DNA from: Lophium mytilinum
Taxonomy: Eukaryota
NCBI GenBank assembly: GCA_010093605.1
Contig: MU004185.1
Coordinates: forward strand, 269,334 to 333,333
Direction of reading: 5' to 3'
Length of the DNA stretch: 64,000 nt
Below the pieces are notes generated by a model that saw nothing but the letters and a program-made list of their open reading frames with translations, was not told the origin of the DNA and ran no database searches. Shown here piece by piece: positions 24,887 to 36,600 of the stretch (its first letter is position 1; every line of letters begins with the position of its first letter). The position numbers and the translations under genes were made by a program.

Positions 24887-27800
24887 TCAGTCCATCATCT
24901 GATGCAGCGCATTGACTCTATAGCTTTGGCTTCTCTCAACCAAATCTTCATGCCTCCCCTGGTCTACTACCGTGCCGCCCTCCACCAAGAAGATGACATC
25001 AGCTTCACGGATAGTGTGCAGCCGATGTGCGATAGCAATGACGGTGATATCTCTAGCAGCTTTTTCGAGCCCATCTTGAAGGAGTTTTTCGCTCTCCGCA
25101 TCTAGCGCACTCGTGCTCTCGTCAAGCAGGAGTAGTTTCGGCCTCCGCACCAGCGCACGCGCAATTGCGAGACGCTGTCGTTGACCACCAGAGAGCTGGG
25201 AGCCATTCGGGCCACACTCGGTTTCGTAGCCATCGGACATTGAAACAATCGTGTTGTGGATATTCGCAAGCTTGCATGCTTCTTCGATCTCAGCGTCGGT
25301 AGCCTCGTGATCCGGGTGTGCGCCGAGAGAGACATTGAAGCGGACACTGCCCTCGAAGAGAACGCTGTCTTGTGGAACTAACGCCATCTGAGATCGGAAC
25401 TCGGTACCTTGTCGTTTCGAGATGTCGATACCGTCAACCTCGACAGCGCCAGCAGTGGGCGCGTACATGCGCTCAATGAGAGCCATGACCGTGGATTTTC
25501 CAGCGCCTGAAGGACCGACGAGGGCGCAGAATTGGCCGGGTTGGATCGTGAACGAGATTTCTTTGAGGATTTGAATGTCGGGACGCGCTGGATATGAGAA
25601 TGAGACATCTTTAAAGCTAACACTCACGCCATTCCTTGAGTTGGGCTTCTCTCTGGAGCTCGCAAAGGCTTCTACATCCTTTTCGCTCGGTTCCGGTAGA
25701 TCCGGGTCTTGACGCTTTGGTTCTAACGTTTTTGAAGAACCAATGTCAATGAGACCTACGATCCTCGACAAAGCAGATTGGGCGCGCGAAACGTCAGGTG
25801 CAAGTGCGAACATCTGACCCCATAGCTGTGCACTCACGAGCATAGCTAGGACGACGATGAAGAACTGAGTTTGGTTGTACTCTCCAGCGATGATCTGTTT
25901 TGCTCCCCACCAGTATGCGAGAGCGTAGATGAAGTTTCCACAACTATTCGCAATAGCGAGCCACAAATTGGCATATGCGCTCGCGGCAACCATCTCCTTC
26001 CGTGGAGTTTGTAGTGAACGACGATACGTAGCTAATATCTCGTCTTCGAGAGATAAAGCGGACACCATTTTGATGGAGTTGATAGCCTCTACTGCCATAC
26101 CAACGGATGTTGAGAATGCTGTCGCGTGACGCTCGTGATACTTGGATAGCACGCGAAGCTGCATCACTCCAGAGCCAAGCAAAATTGGAACAGTAGTAAG
26201 ACACACGATTGCAATCTTCCACGCTACAATGTGGCAGAGGATGATTGCGGCGAAGAGATTGACAACAATGGAGAAGATGGTGCCCATGATTGATCCAGTA
26301 AAGCCAGCGAGGTCGCTACTATCTCTCGTAATGTAAGATAGGAGCATAGTAGGATTTCTGTCCAGAGATTGATGCCATTGCAGATCTTGCTCGAAAAGTG
26401 ACCGGAAAGATAAAATGCGTAAGAAGTAGAGCAGCTTCTCAGCGACGAATCCAAATGCCGACCAGCTGATGAAGTTTGCAAAAAACTCGATGACTCCCAG
26501 CAAGAAGAAGAGTAGCGCAAAAAGCTGTCCACGAGACCGAATGCGATCCGGCTCATTGCAGGGGCTGAGACTAGCAACTGTGTTTCCAAAGATGACCCCG
26601 GACGCGGAGTAAGAACCCCCAACAACGATAGAAGTAGAGAAGGCGAGGATCAAAAGCAGAAGATATGGCCGGAATATCCAAGCTGAATGTTTGAAGGACC
26701 AAGATGATTTGGTAGACTCAGACTTAGGCTCATCCGTATCTTTCGATGGGATGTCTTTCTGTGCATTGCCTAGCTTTGAACCATCGCTCAGCTTGCTCTC
26801 AGAATGCTTGATGCCAGATACGACGTCGTCCTTCTCATTTGTGATGTCATCAATTGAGACGTCCGTAAGGCTCTGTTTGTAGGATGTGTCGCCTTGAGAC
26901 TTTGAACTACTCTGTAGATGTATCATGTTCGCAAACGATCCGCCCATTTGCATCAACTCGTCGTAGTTGCCTTGTTCGAGAATTTGACCCTTTCCCATCA
27001 CTATGATATTGTCGGCATTTTTTATCGTTGAGAGACGATGCGCAATTGATACCAGCGTCCTCCCGCGTGCGATTGATTCGATCGATGCTTGAATTCGCTT
27101 TTCGCTCATTGAATCAAGGGAAGAGGTGGCTTCGTCAAGAACGAGGACTTTAGGATCACGAATAAGTGCCTGTGCTAGTGCAAGTCGTTGCCTCTGCCCT
27201 CCACTGACTAAATCTCCACTAGAGCCAACGACTGTTCCAAGGCCATACTGCAGACGAGAAATGAACTCTGTCGCGTCCGCTAGGCTGATAGCTCGTTGTA
27301 CCGCGTCTACAATGCTGGCAATCTGTGCACCTTGCGTTTTCGCGGCCTCCATAACGTCTTCTCCATTTCTTACGGCGGCCGCAACATTGGAAAGTTGAGG
27401 TCCTTGGAGTATCGGCCTCAGTTGAACATGTTCAGCGGAGTTGATCAGGCCAAGCGCAATATTCTCCAAGATTGATCGGTCAAGAAGTAGTGGCTCTTGC
27501 TGAACAAGTCCAATCACACTCCTCAGACCTCGGACGTTGAGGGCAGAAATATCCTTCCCGTCCAGGATTACTTGCCCTTTCGTAGGGTCGTAGAGCCTGA
27601 CAAGCAAACTTGCAAGTGTAGACTTGCCGCTTCCAGATAAACCAACAATTGCTGTATGATTTCCTGCCGGACAGGTCAAAGAGATGTCCTGCAGGACCTC
27701 TTGCTCTGGCCGCGATGGATAGCTGAACGATACATTGCGGAACTCAACCTGGCCAGGCCCTGTCAGAGGCGGCTCGTTTCCCTGGTCTATGGTGCCATCA

Positions 27801-29002
27801 ATTGCTGATACATGTTCGATGTCTTTCCGGAGTTTCGAAAACGCAGCAGAGGCAGAGCCAAATATTTGAAGGAGCGGGGCGATTTGACTGAGTATGAGAG
27901 AAGCTGAGAGGTTAGCATGGCTGAACTGAGCATAAGGACACATGTTCTTACCATCAACGAGGATGAAAATGACGGTGTAGGTCTTCCCTACACTGGAGTT
28001 CTCATCGTTCGAAGCAACAGCATTTGCAATCGTTCTACTGCCCTGCCAATATGCGACGGCATTCGCTGAGTATGCGATGAAGTACAACATGCCAGATTGT
28101 GCAGCCGCAGCAAGGGCCTTCTTGATACCAGACTTCTGGGCACTCATAAGATTACCAGCAAACTTGCTCTCCAGACGCGCATTAGCTCCAAATGCGTGTA
28201 CGACATAGACATGCGATAGAGCCTCGGAAGCGATAGAGGCAGCGGACGCAGCGTAATTGGTCATCTGCGTGGAATACTTCCCAACGAACTTGCCACCAAC
28301 CAAGGACATGAGTAGGAAAGCTGGAACTAGGGAAACTAGAATGCCGGCTAATCTAGCATCCTTGATGAAGGCGACGATGTAGGCGGTGACGAAGAATGAG
28401 CAGCTGGCCATGCAGATGCCAACTTTCTCGGACGTTCCAGTCTGAATGATGGTAATATCGCCATTCAAGCGGGATGATACTTCGCCAGCTTGGAGGTTGT
28501 CGAAGAAAGAAACCTGTTGCCGTAGTAGACTTTTGAAGTACTTTTCGCGGATCCGCTGGGCAAGTCGCTGGCCGATCAGACTCCAGGACAAAATGTAGAT
28601 GTAAATAGCAGCAAAGCCACCTATACTAATGTAGACGACTTGTAACACCTTGTCGTTGACAGCAGATTGATAGGCATCTGCGTCACCAATGCCTGCACTA
28701 CACGTCGCGGAGTTCAAATCATCGACTAATTGACCAAACAAGATGCCCATGAGGGGAAAGGGCACACCTGCTGCAATGGCTGAAATCCCGCCTACCGCTA
28801 GGAGAAGGATGTCTAGCCATGTCGGCTCAGCGTATACGAGGAGTTGGAGATAGCTGGAAAAATTCCGGAATGCCTTGAGTCACGGTTCAGGAGCAGTTCC
28901 ATGGGTTTATCAATAGATTGCATAACTGACCTGAAAGTGACCCTTCTTCTCCAACGGTTGGTGAGCTTCAGCGTCTGGGGTGGTCGAGGACGCGTCTGCC
29001 AT
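24887..29002 (-). CDS. ABCB/MDR-type full ABC transporter (SitT-like siderophore exporter candidate); introns ~28874-28930 and 27904-27951
   Basis: TMD-NBD-TMD-NBD layout with GLSGSGKST / GPSGAGKST, VSGGQRQR / LSGGQRQR and LDEATS / LDESTS. Upstream exon MADASSTTP...GHFQ splices in frame to AFRNFSSYLQLL. Confidence 0.92.
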
Positions 29003-29256
29003 AGTTCTTCACGGCTTTCGAACGTGAAGTAGCGGCCGAGCATCTCGAATGTCAATGGGTCGCCCATGGCTGGTGACGGTGTGTCAGGTGACGGTGGGTA
29101 TAGTGGATACACGGGATTGAGTAGGGATAGGGATAGGGATGGCCTCGAGGCAGCGCTGGCGGCTGGGCGATGGGGTCGCAAGTCTTGGGATGGAAGTCTG
29201 AGTGCGAGGATGATCCCTCCGATGCCGGACCCGCGAGGTGGGAGCAAGGTTATCGA

Positions 29257-29442
29257 ATCTGATTAGATTTGTCACTAAGGCCGCCTCTGCCGCCCCAAAA
29301 AGCCACCAGAAGCCCCCAAAGCGCCACAACCACGCGGGGCCTCGAACCGACATCACCCTGCATTATCACCACGTCCAAGGAGGCGGCACAGTGGGATGGC
29401 GCCGGACGTGAAAATTTTCATCTAATCAGATCAAATCAGATC
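29257..29442. promoter_or_regulatory. Near-consensus SreA-type sites (ATCTGATTA) in the ABC/MFS divergent promoter
   Basis: atctgatta at 29257-29265; taatcagat at 29423-29431 followed by aatcagatc. Confidence 0.5.
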
Positions 29443-29780
29443 ACCTTCCTTCGGTCATTCCCGGGCCTGAGGCACGGGATAGTTCTACGCCGCGTTGCTA
29501 ACTTGCATCCTCGTCGCCAGGACGCCGTCCGCACGGCAGCATGCATCTAAGCAGCATTAGCCCCGACACTACTCAACTTGGCGTCTATTGGACAGGCTAC
29601 GGACTCCATTTCATTGCTCGAGTGTGCCAATCATGCCTTGATTCAGGCCGAGAGGGGTTGATCAAATATATTTGTCCACCTGCCGTATTTTACTTCCCAG
29701 CACCTCGTCTTCCATCTCTTTGTACCAGTGTATGTTGAGCAGGGGCACCGTCTTCAATCAACACCGCCTTTCAAACCATC

Positions 29781-31631
29781 ATGCCTTCTCCCTTCGAGAA
29801 GGACACCGTCGCTGGTGATGGAGGCGCCAGCATCCACTCCCAGGGCCATTCGAATGCCAACAGTTCTAATGACAACAGCGATACCGAAGCCCTCTCGGCT
29901 GACGCCCAGCATGGTGTACAGGCTGCACAAGCTACCAACCAAGTCTGGAGCAAGAGTAGCTTGATCACGGCCTACCTGCTGTAAGTTGAGGAATAAGACA
30001 GATTGTGGAAGTTTCTCTAACATGTTTCTCAGCATCTGGCTGATCGCATTCGTCGATGCTATGCAGCAAGGCATGGCCAACGCCTTGACTCCGTATGTAA
30101 CGAGTGACTTTGCTCTGCACTCCTTGACCGCGACCACCGGTATCATGTCCAGTCTTATTGGGGGGCTGTCGAAGCTCACCCTTGCCAAAATTTTGGACAT
30201 TTTTGGTCGTCCTCAAGGTTTCCTCTTCATGGTCGTTCTCCTGACTCTGGGCCTCATCATGATGGCTGCCTGCAACAATGTTGAGACTTATGCTGCCGCT
30301 CAAGTGTTCTACTGGGTTGGGTATGTTAACCACCACGTCCACTCATGGCACTTGCCTAATCCTGCTGTAGTTACAACGGGCTCAACTTCACCACTGGAAT
30401 CTTCGTTGCCGATACCTCACATCTCAAGAACCGAGCTTTTATGTTTGCCTTCATTTCATCACCGTACATCGCTACCACTTGGATTGGCGGACCACTCGCC
30501 ACTGCTTTCTTGAAAGGACCTGGTTTCAGATGGGGCTTCGGCGTTTTCGCTATCGTCACCCCCATAGTCTGCATGCCCCTCTACTTCCTGTTCGCCTGGA
30601 ATTACGGCAAAGCCAAGAGGGCCGGCCTGGTACCCAAAACGGAAACAGGCAGGACTTTTTTCCAGTCTTTGAAATACTACCTCATTCAGTTCGACGCCAT
30701 GGGACTTCTTCTCATCACTGGAGGTCTAGCGCTTTTCCTCCTACCATTCAGTCTCTACTCGTACCAGAGAGATGGCTGGAGGTCTGCACTGGTCATCTCC
30801 ATGATCATAGTTGGCGGCCTTCTCATTATTGCCTTCGCTCTTTACGAGAAGTTTCTGGCGCCCGTCAAATTCATGCCTTTCGAATTGATGATGGACCGCA
30901 CTGTTCTCGGCGCTTGCATACTTTCCGCCACCATCTTCGTCAGCTTCTACGTCTGGGACAGCTACTTCTCCTCCTTCCTCCAAGTCGTCAACAACCTTTC
31001 AGTCACAGAAGCCAGCTATGTCGTCAACATCTACAGCATCGGATCATGCTTCTTCTCCCTGATAGTGGGTGTGGTCATCAGATGGACCGGCAAATTCAAG
31101 TGGCTTGCGCTCTACTTTGGCGTCCCGTTGACCATCCTTGGTGTGGCCCTCATGATTGCTTTCCGTCAGCCAGACGTCAACATCGGATACATCGTCATGT
31201 GCCAGATCTTCATCGCTTTCGCCGGTGGAACATTGGTCATCTGCGAGCAAATCGCCGTCATGGCTGCTGGCTCTCATCAACAAGTTGCCGTTCTCCTCGC
31301 TGTGGAAGGTATGTTCGCAAACGTCGGTGGCGCTATCGGCTCCACTGTCGCTGCAGCTATCTGGACTGGTGTTTTCCCAGTCAAGCTACTCAAGCACCTG
31401 CCAGAGGACGCCAAGGGCGATGTTGTGTCCATTTATTCGAGCATTGTCACTCAGCTATCCTACCCAGTCGGCTCTCCCGTCCGAACCGCAATCCAACAGG
31501 CTTACGGTGAAGCGCAAAGATACATGCTGATTGGCGGATCTACGGTATTGGTGCTCTCAATCGTCTCGGTCATAGTCTGGAGAGACATCCAAGTGAAAGA
31601 CTTCAAGCAAGTGAAGGGTCTGGTCGTCTAG
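29781..31631 (+). CDS. Siderophore-iron transporter (MFS, SIT family; MirB/Sit1-like), 2 introns
   Basis: AQHGVQAAQA..VWSKSSLITAY, LTPYVTSDF, LAKILDIFGRPQG, YAAAQVFYWVG, ADTSHLKNR and IQQAYGEAQRYM; about 14 predicted TM segments. Confidence 0.92.
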
Positions 31632-31856
31632 AAGCCGTCTTCTATGCGCGGTTCTTGGGGGATAACATCGTACTATTTCATAGCCTCCTCATGATCTAGA
31701 TGCCCATTCATCCAAGACGAAAAAAGCTTATAGACCGCCTCGCGTTAATCAAGAAAGACACCTCTCTCTCGCTCACCCTAGAACATCTTCACATCCTGAT
31801 TGCACCACTCTCGTAGCCATCCTTGCTTGTCTTCATGCTCCACTACTCTTCCTGTA

Positions 31857-32561
31857 TCACTGCTTACACCACTCCTCCCACCCGATCTCCAAACTCTTCG
31901 GCATCCTCACCATCAACGGCACCTCCACATCCTCCGCCTCCCCCACCAACTCCCCCCGATGCCTCACCCGTCCCACCTCCTCAAACCCCAGGCTCCTATA
32001 CAACCCCTCTCCCTCCACCGAACTCTCCAAATACACCGGCAGCCCCGCCTGCTCGCCAACCTCAATCCCCCACTGCATCAGCTTCCTCCCAATACCTCGC
32101 TTCTGATATTCAGGATGCACGGCGACTACATGACAATAGACATGCCGCTTCCCCCCAAAAAACCCTTCTTTCTTCCGCACCATCTCCCCCAGCAACTCCT
32201 CCGCCCGCTCCCTCTCCTTCCCTGCTAACCACTCCACCCCCTTCCACTTCCACTCCTCCTCAGTCCGTTCGGTGAGATGAATATCCCATAGCCCCATCCC
32301 GACGACCTCTCCGCTTGCCACATCGACGGCTTTGAAGGTGTACTGAAAGCCAGAGGCGGGGGAAGCGAGCCAGGCGAGCGTGTGGGCAGTGTGGGATTCG
32401 CGGAATTCGGCGGTGGGGACGGTGTCTGAGGCGGTGGGGTAGGCGGAGGGGAATAGGAGCCGGGGGAGGGCGGAGCCGGCGAAGGCGAGGAAGTAGATGT
32501 CGTAGACTTTTGGGGTGTCGGCGGGTTGGGCGGGAAGGACGAGGTGGGCGGAGGGTGGCAT
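31857..32561 (-). CDS. GNAT N-acetyltransferase (candidate SidG-like N2-acetylase)
   Basis: VAVHPEYQKRGIGRKL acetyl-CoA motif and VYLESS..GEGLYRSLGF; divergent from the NRPS. Confidence 0.85.
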   Translation of the reverse strand: MPPSAHLVLPAQPADTPKVYDIYFLAFAGSALPRLLFPSAYPTASDTVPTAEFRESHTAHTLAWLASPASGFQYTFKAVDVASGEVVGMGLWDIHLTERTEEEWKWKGVEWLAGKERERAEELLGEMVRKKEGFFGGKRHVYCHVVAVHPEYQKRGIGRKLMQWGIEVGEQAGLPVYLESSVEGEGLYRSLGFEEVGRVRHRGELVGEAEDVEVPLMVRMPKSLEIGWEEWCKQ

Positions 32562-32991
32562 GGTGGATATGAGGGTTGGATTTGAAGGTATAAGCTAGAG
32601 TGGGAGAGGAAGTGTGGTTCGGAGTAGATCCCGTGAGTAAAAAACCAGGCGTTGATGAGAATTGAGCTCAGAGATTGAGATAGCTATGCAAAACGAGGAT
32701 GGACGTTTCAAGACCGAAATATGCCGGGATTGAAGTGAAGAAAATCGCGTTCGGCGCGTGAGAATGGCCGGAAGCTTGCAAATGGCGTGCAAAGCGTCCA
32801 GACTACTACATTCTCCGATCGGCATCATTCATCCCACATACGTGAAAAGTTACGTTGCATCTTACTGGAATCCGAAACACCGTATATGTCCCCGATCTCG
32901 GCCGCCCCCTCTCACCACCAAAGACCCACATAGCCCACACTGCTGATGACATGGGTGGCACCGCTCCACGTCCGGCAGGAGGAGACTTCGG

Positions 32992-33000
32992 ATCAGATAA
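32992..33000 (+). promoter_or_regulatory. SreA/SRE-type GATA site in the GNAT/NRPS divergent promoter
   Basis: atcagataa at 32992-33000. Confidence 0.7.
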
Positions 33001-33627
33001 TTACCCGTCCGCGTCGCCGTGGGGGAGGCGGGTGGCGTTAGTCACTGCTCGGAGTGCCTTTTAGTCCTTGATTTTCCTCGCAGGTGACCCCATGTGTAAC
33101 AGACGCAGGTGGAGTCCCCTAGATCATAGCATCAGTGTTAAATGGCGCACGCCTCTAACGGTCATGCAGCCGAGGGTATCCATCGGAGCATGCCCTGACG
33201 TGGAGGCCCAGGGAGAAATCGGCTCTTGCGCGGAGAGCGTGTGAACGACATTCTAGCTTCGTCCGCTTGGTTTTAGGTTGAACTTAGTGCTAAGCGAGGT
33301 AGGAAGTGTGATGTGGATGCATGTAGCATGTGCCTGAAGTGACGGAGGTGGATGGGTTTCGACGGATGCGTGGGAAAGTGAAGCGGCCGTCGGAGGCCTT
33401 ACGTAGGAGGAAACATGGGAGGTAGTGTCTCCGAAAGGAAGGCGGATTACAGTTAATCAAGTTTGAATGTCAATTTCAGGGAATCATACCACAGTGGTAG
33501 CATAGGAGCGAGCTCGGCCGCCCGTCACCACGCACGCGGAGACGATCTTATGGAAACGCACCTCGACTTACCTCTCCTCTCTATCATTTGCTGCGCCATA
33601 TACCTCCACAGAATTCTTTCGTTGTCT

Positions 33628-36600
33628 ATGATGCATGATACTCTTTCCAGCGACGCAGAGTGTGCATTAGAAGCAACCGTGAACCAGGTACCTGGAGTGT
33701 TGGATGGCACCCAATCATCGGTGAGAGAAGAGACGGAGATTCCCAAAGAGCCCGAGGAACCCGAGGGCGAGGGGGTCATATCTGAAGGTCCAGCGGAAGG
33801 GGAGGTGCAGATCACTGAACCCTATGTCGACGTCAAACCTTTGGAAAAGAAGGAGGTACACACCTCGACGACAAGGTTTCCCTCAAAGCTTGAAATCGTA
33901 TCAGAAACCCCTGCAAAGGCAGAGGTAGATGTAAAAATCAATGAACCCCAACCCCGGATTGCCATCAAGCCCCCAGAAAGAAATGAAATTCATACCTCGG
34001 CCTCCTCGACACCATCACCGCTCAAATCCTCAAGTTCCAGCGTGGGCGAGGCAACAGCAGCGTCACCCACCCTTTCCGCGAATAGCTCAAGTGACGACCG
34101 GAACACTGCATTCTCCACAACCGCTTCGACTGCCGTATCTACCAAAGACGTCGATCTAAACAACGTCAGTGAGAAAGATCTCGATCAGATATGGCAGTGG
34201 AATGCTGCCGTCCCGCCGAATTTGACCACATGCATGCATGATATCATCTCCGAACAAGCGGCCAAGAATCCTGATAAGATTGCCATCACTTCCTGGGATG
34301 GGGAGCTCTCATATCGGCAGGTCGACGAGAAATCCACGAGCTTGGCACACCACTTGAGAAGCTTAGGCGTGGAAGTAGGGAGTCATGTCCCACTCTGCTT
34401 CGAGAAATCGATGTGGACCGTCGTGGCCGTCCTGGGTGTTATGAAAGCAGGTGGTGCGTTCGTGTTGACGGATCCGAGTCAGCCGGAGGAAAGATTAAAG
34501 AACATGGTTCACCAAACAGGCGCGAACGTAGTCGTAACATCGCCAACACAGAAAGAGCTAGGCCAGCGGATAGCACCCTTCGCAACTATAATCACCGTAT
34601 CCGCAGAGCTCTTTTCCGTTCTCAAGAAGGATTCGGGGAAAGCAGAACTCGACGCTCTTCCCCCAGTCCCACTATCCTCAACCCTCTACATCATCTTTAC
34701 CTCCGGCTCCACGGGGACACCTAAAGGCGTCGTAATCCCTCACGCCGCTTTCACATCTGGCGCCCTTCCCCGCGCGCACATCGTCGGTTACCGTTCCCAC
34801 TCACGCGTCCTCGACTTTGCTTCTTATGCCTTCGACGTCAGCATCGACTGCATGCTCTGCACACTCGCAGCGGGCGGTTGCATCTGCGTGCCATCGGATG
34901 CTTCCCGTCTGAACGACCTTAGTGGCGCTATCCGCTCCATGAACGTGAACATGGCGCATATGACGCCTTCCGTCGCTAGGGTGCTAGAGCCGGGGGTGTT
35001 AGAGTCGTTAGAGGTGTTGGGGCTGGGCGGCGAAAGCGTGTCGGCGAGCGATGCGTCGGAATGGGGGCGGAAAACGCGGGTTATTATCGCGTATGGTCCG
35101 AGTGAGTGTACCGTAGGGTGTACGATTAATGGCGATATTGAGATCGGAAAGGCTTATACGAGTATTGGAAAGGGGGTGGGCGGTGTCACGTGGATTGTAG
35201 ACGCCACGGATCACGACAAACTCGTGCTAGTTGGTGAAGTGGGTGAGCTGTTGATTGAAGGACCAATTGTGGGCGAGGGGTATCTAGGTGAGCCAGAGAA
35301 GAGTAAGGTGGTGTTCATTGAAGATCCCAAGTGGCTGCTTGCTGGCGGCCGGAATGTATCGGGCAGAAAAGGGAGGCTATATAAGACTGGCGACTTGGTG
35401 AAGTACGCTCCAGATGGGTCTGGGAGGATTGTGTTCGTGGGGCGTGGTGATCAGCAGGTAAAGCTGAGAGGTCAACGAATCGAGCTTGCGGAAGTCGAGT
35501 ACCATCTCCGAAACCACTTACCGTCAGGGACGAGCGTCGTAGCAGAGGTCATTATGCCGGGAGGCCACGGAGACCCGTCTCTTGTTGCTTTCGTCGTAGA
35601 AGCATTCAAAGAGGAAAGAGAGCATTTCGAGAATGCAGCGGTGTCGATATCTCCTGTGCTCGAGCGCGCTCTTGCAGAAATGGACCAGAGGCTTGCAGCG
35701 ACACTACCGATATACATGATTCCTTCGGCATACATTCCGCTTCCTCAGCTGCCATCTCTAGTCTCTGCAAAGATAGACCGTAAGAAGCTCCGCGCGATCG
35801 GGGCTGCAATATCGCGGCAGGACCTTGCAAAGTACCGCATAGCGCAGATGGACTCCCGGAAACCGGAAACGGAGATGGAACTCAGAATTCTGGGCCTCTG
35901 GAAACAGGTCTTGGGCTCACAACTCACAATCAGTGCCAACGATAGCTTCTTCGGGCTCGGAGGCGATTCTTTGAAAGCAATGAAGCTCGTGGCCGCCGCA
36001 AACTCAAACGGACTTGTCCTCACGGTCGCCAGCATCTTCAAACACCCTAAGCTAACCGATATGGCTCTTCAAGCCAGCTCCAAGAAAACGGACGAAGAGC
36101 TGGAGGTACCCGCATTCTCTCTGTTAGACGGGTGGGATGTAGACTCGGCGCGTCAAGAAGCAGCCGAGCTCTGCGTATTGGAAGCATCATCCATCGAAGA
36201 TATTTACCCTTGCACACCACTGCAAGAAGGTCTGATGGCTCTTTCAGTGAAGATAGAAGAAGCCTACGTCGCGCAGCGAGTCGTGAATCTGCCGAATATC
36301 GAGATAGCCAAGCGGCTGCAAGCCGCTTTCAACACCGCATCCATCGAATCCCCTATCCTACGAACTCGGATCGTCCAATTTCCTGGCCGTGGCCTGATGC
36401 AAATCGTCGTAAACGAGGAGGCCTTTTGGTACTCTCGTGCAAATCTAGAAGAATACCTCACTGAAGATCGAGAAAAGCCAATGGGCCTCGGTGTCCCCCT
36501 CGCACGGTACGGGCTCGTGACCCACGAAAAGACCAGCCGCGTCGATGTGGTCTTGACTATGCACCACGCTCTTTACGATGGATGGTCGATGCCATTAATC

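Noticed and set aside
30479..31510. 343-aa alternative-frame ORF inside the MFS gene (and similar shadow ORFs in SNU114, the NRPS and DUR3)
   Set aside because: Arg/His/Pro-rich by-products of GC3 codon bias overlapping clear genes.
33463..33627. TTG-initiated N-terminal extension of the NRPS (likewise non-ATG starts given for sidF and the ABC transporter)
   Set aside because: Artefacts of bacterial-style start calling; ATG starts were used instead.
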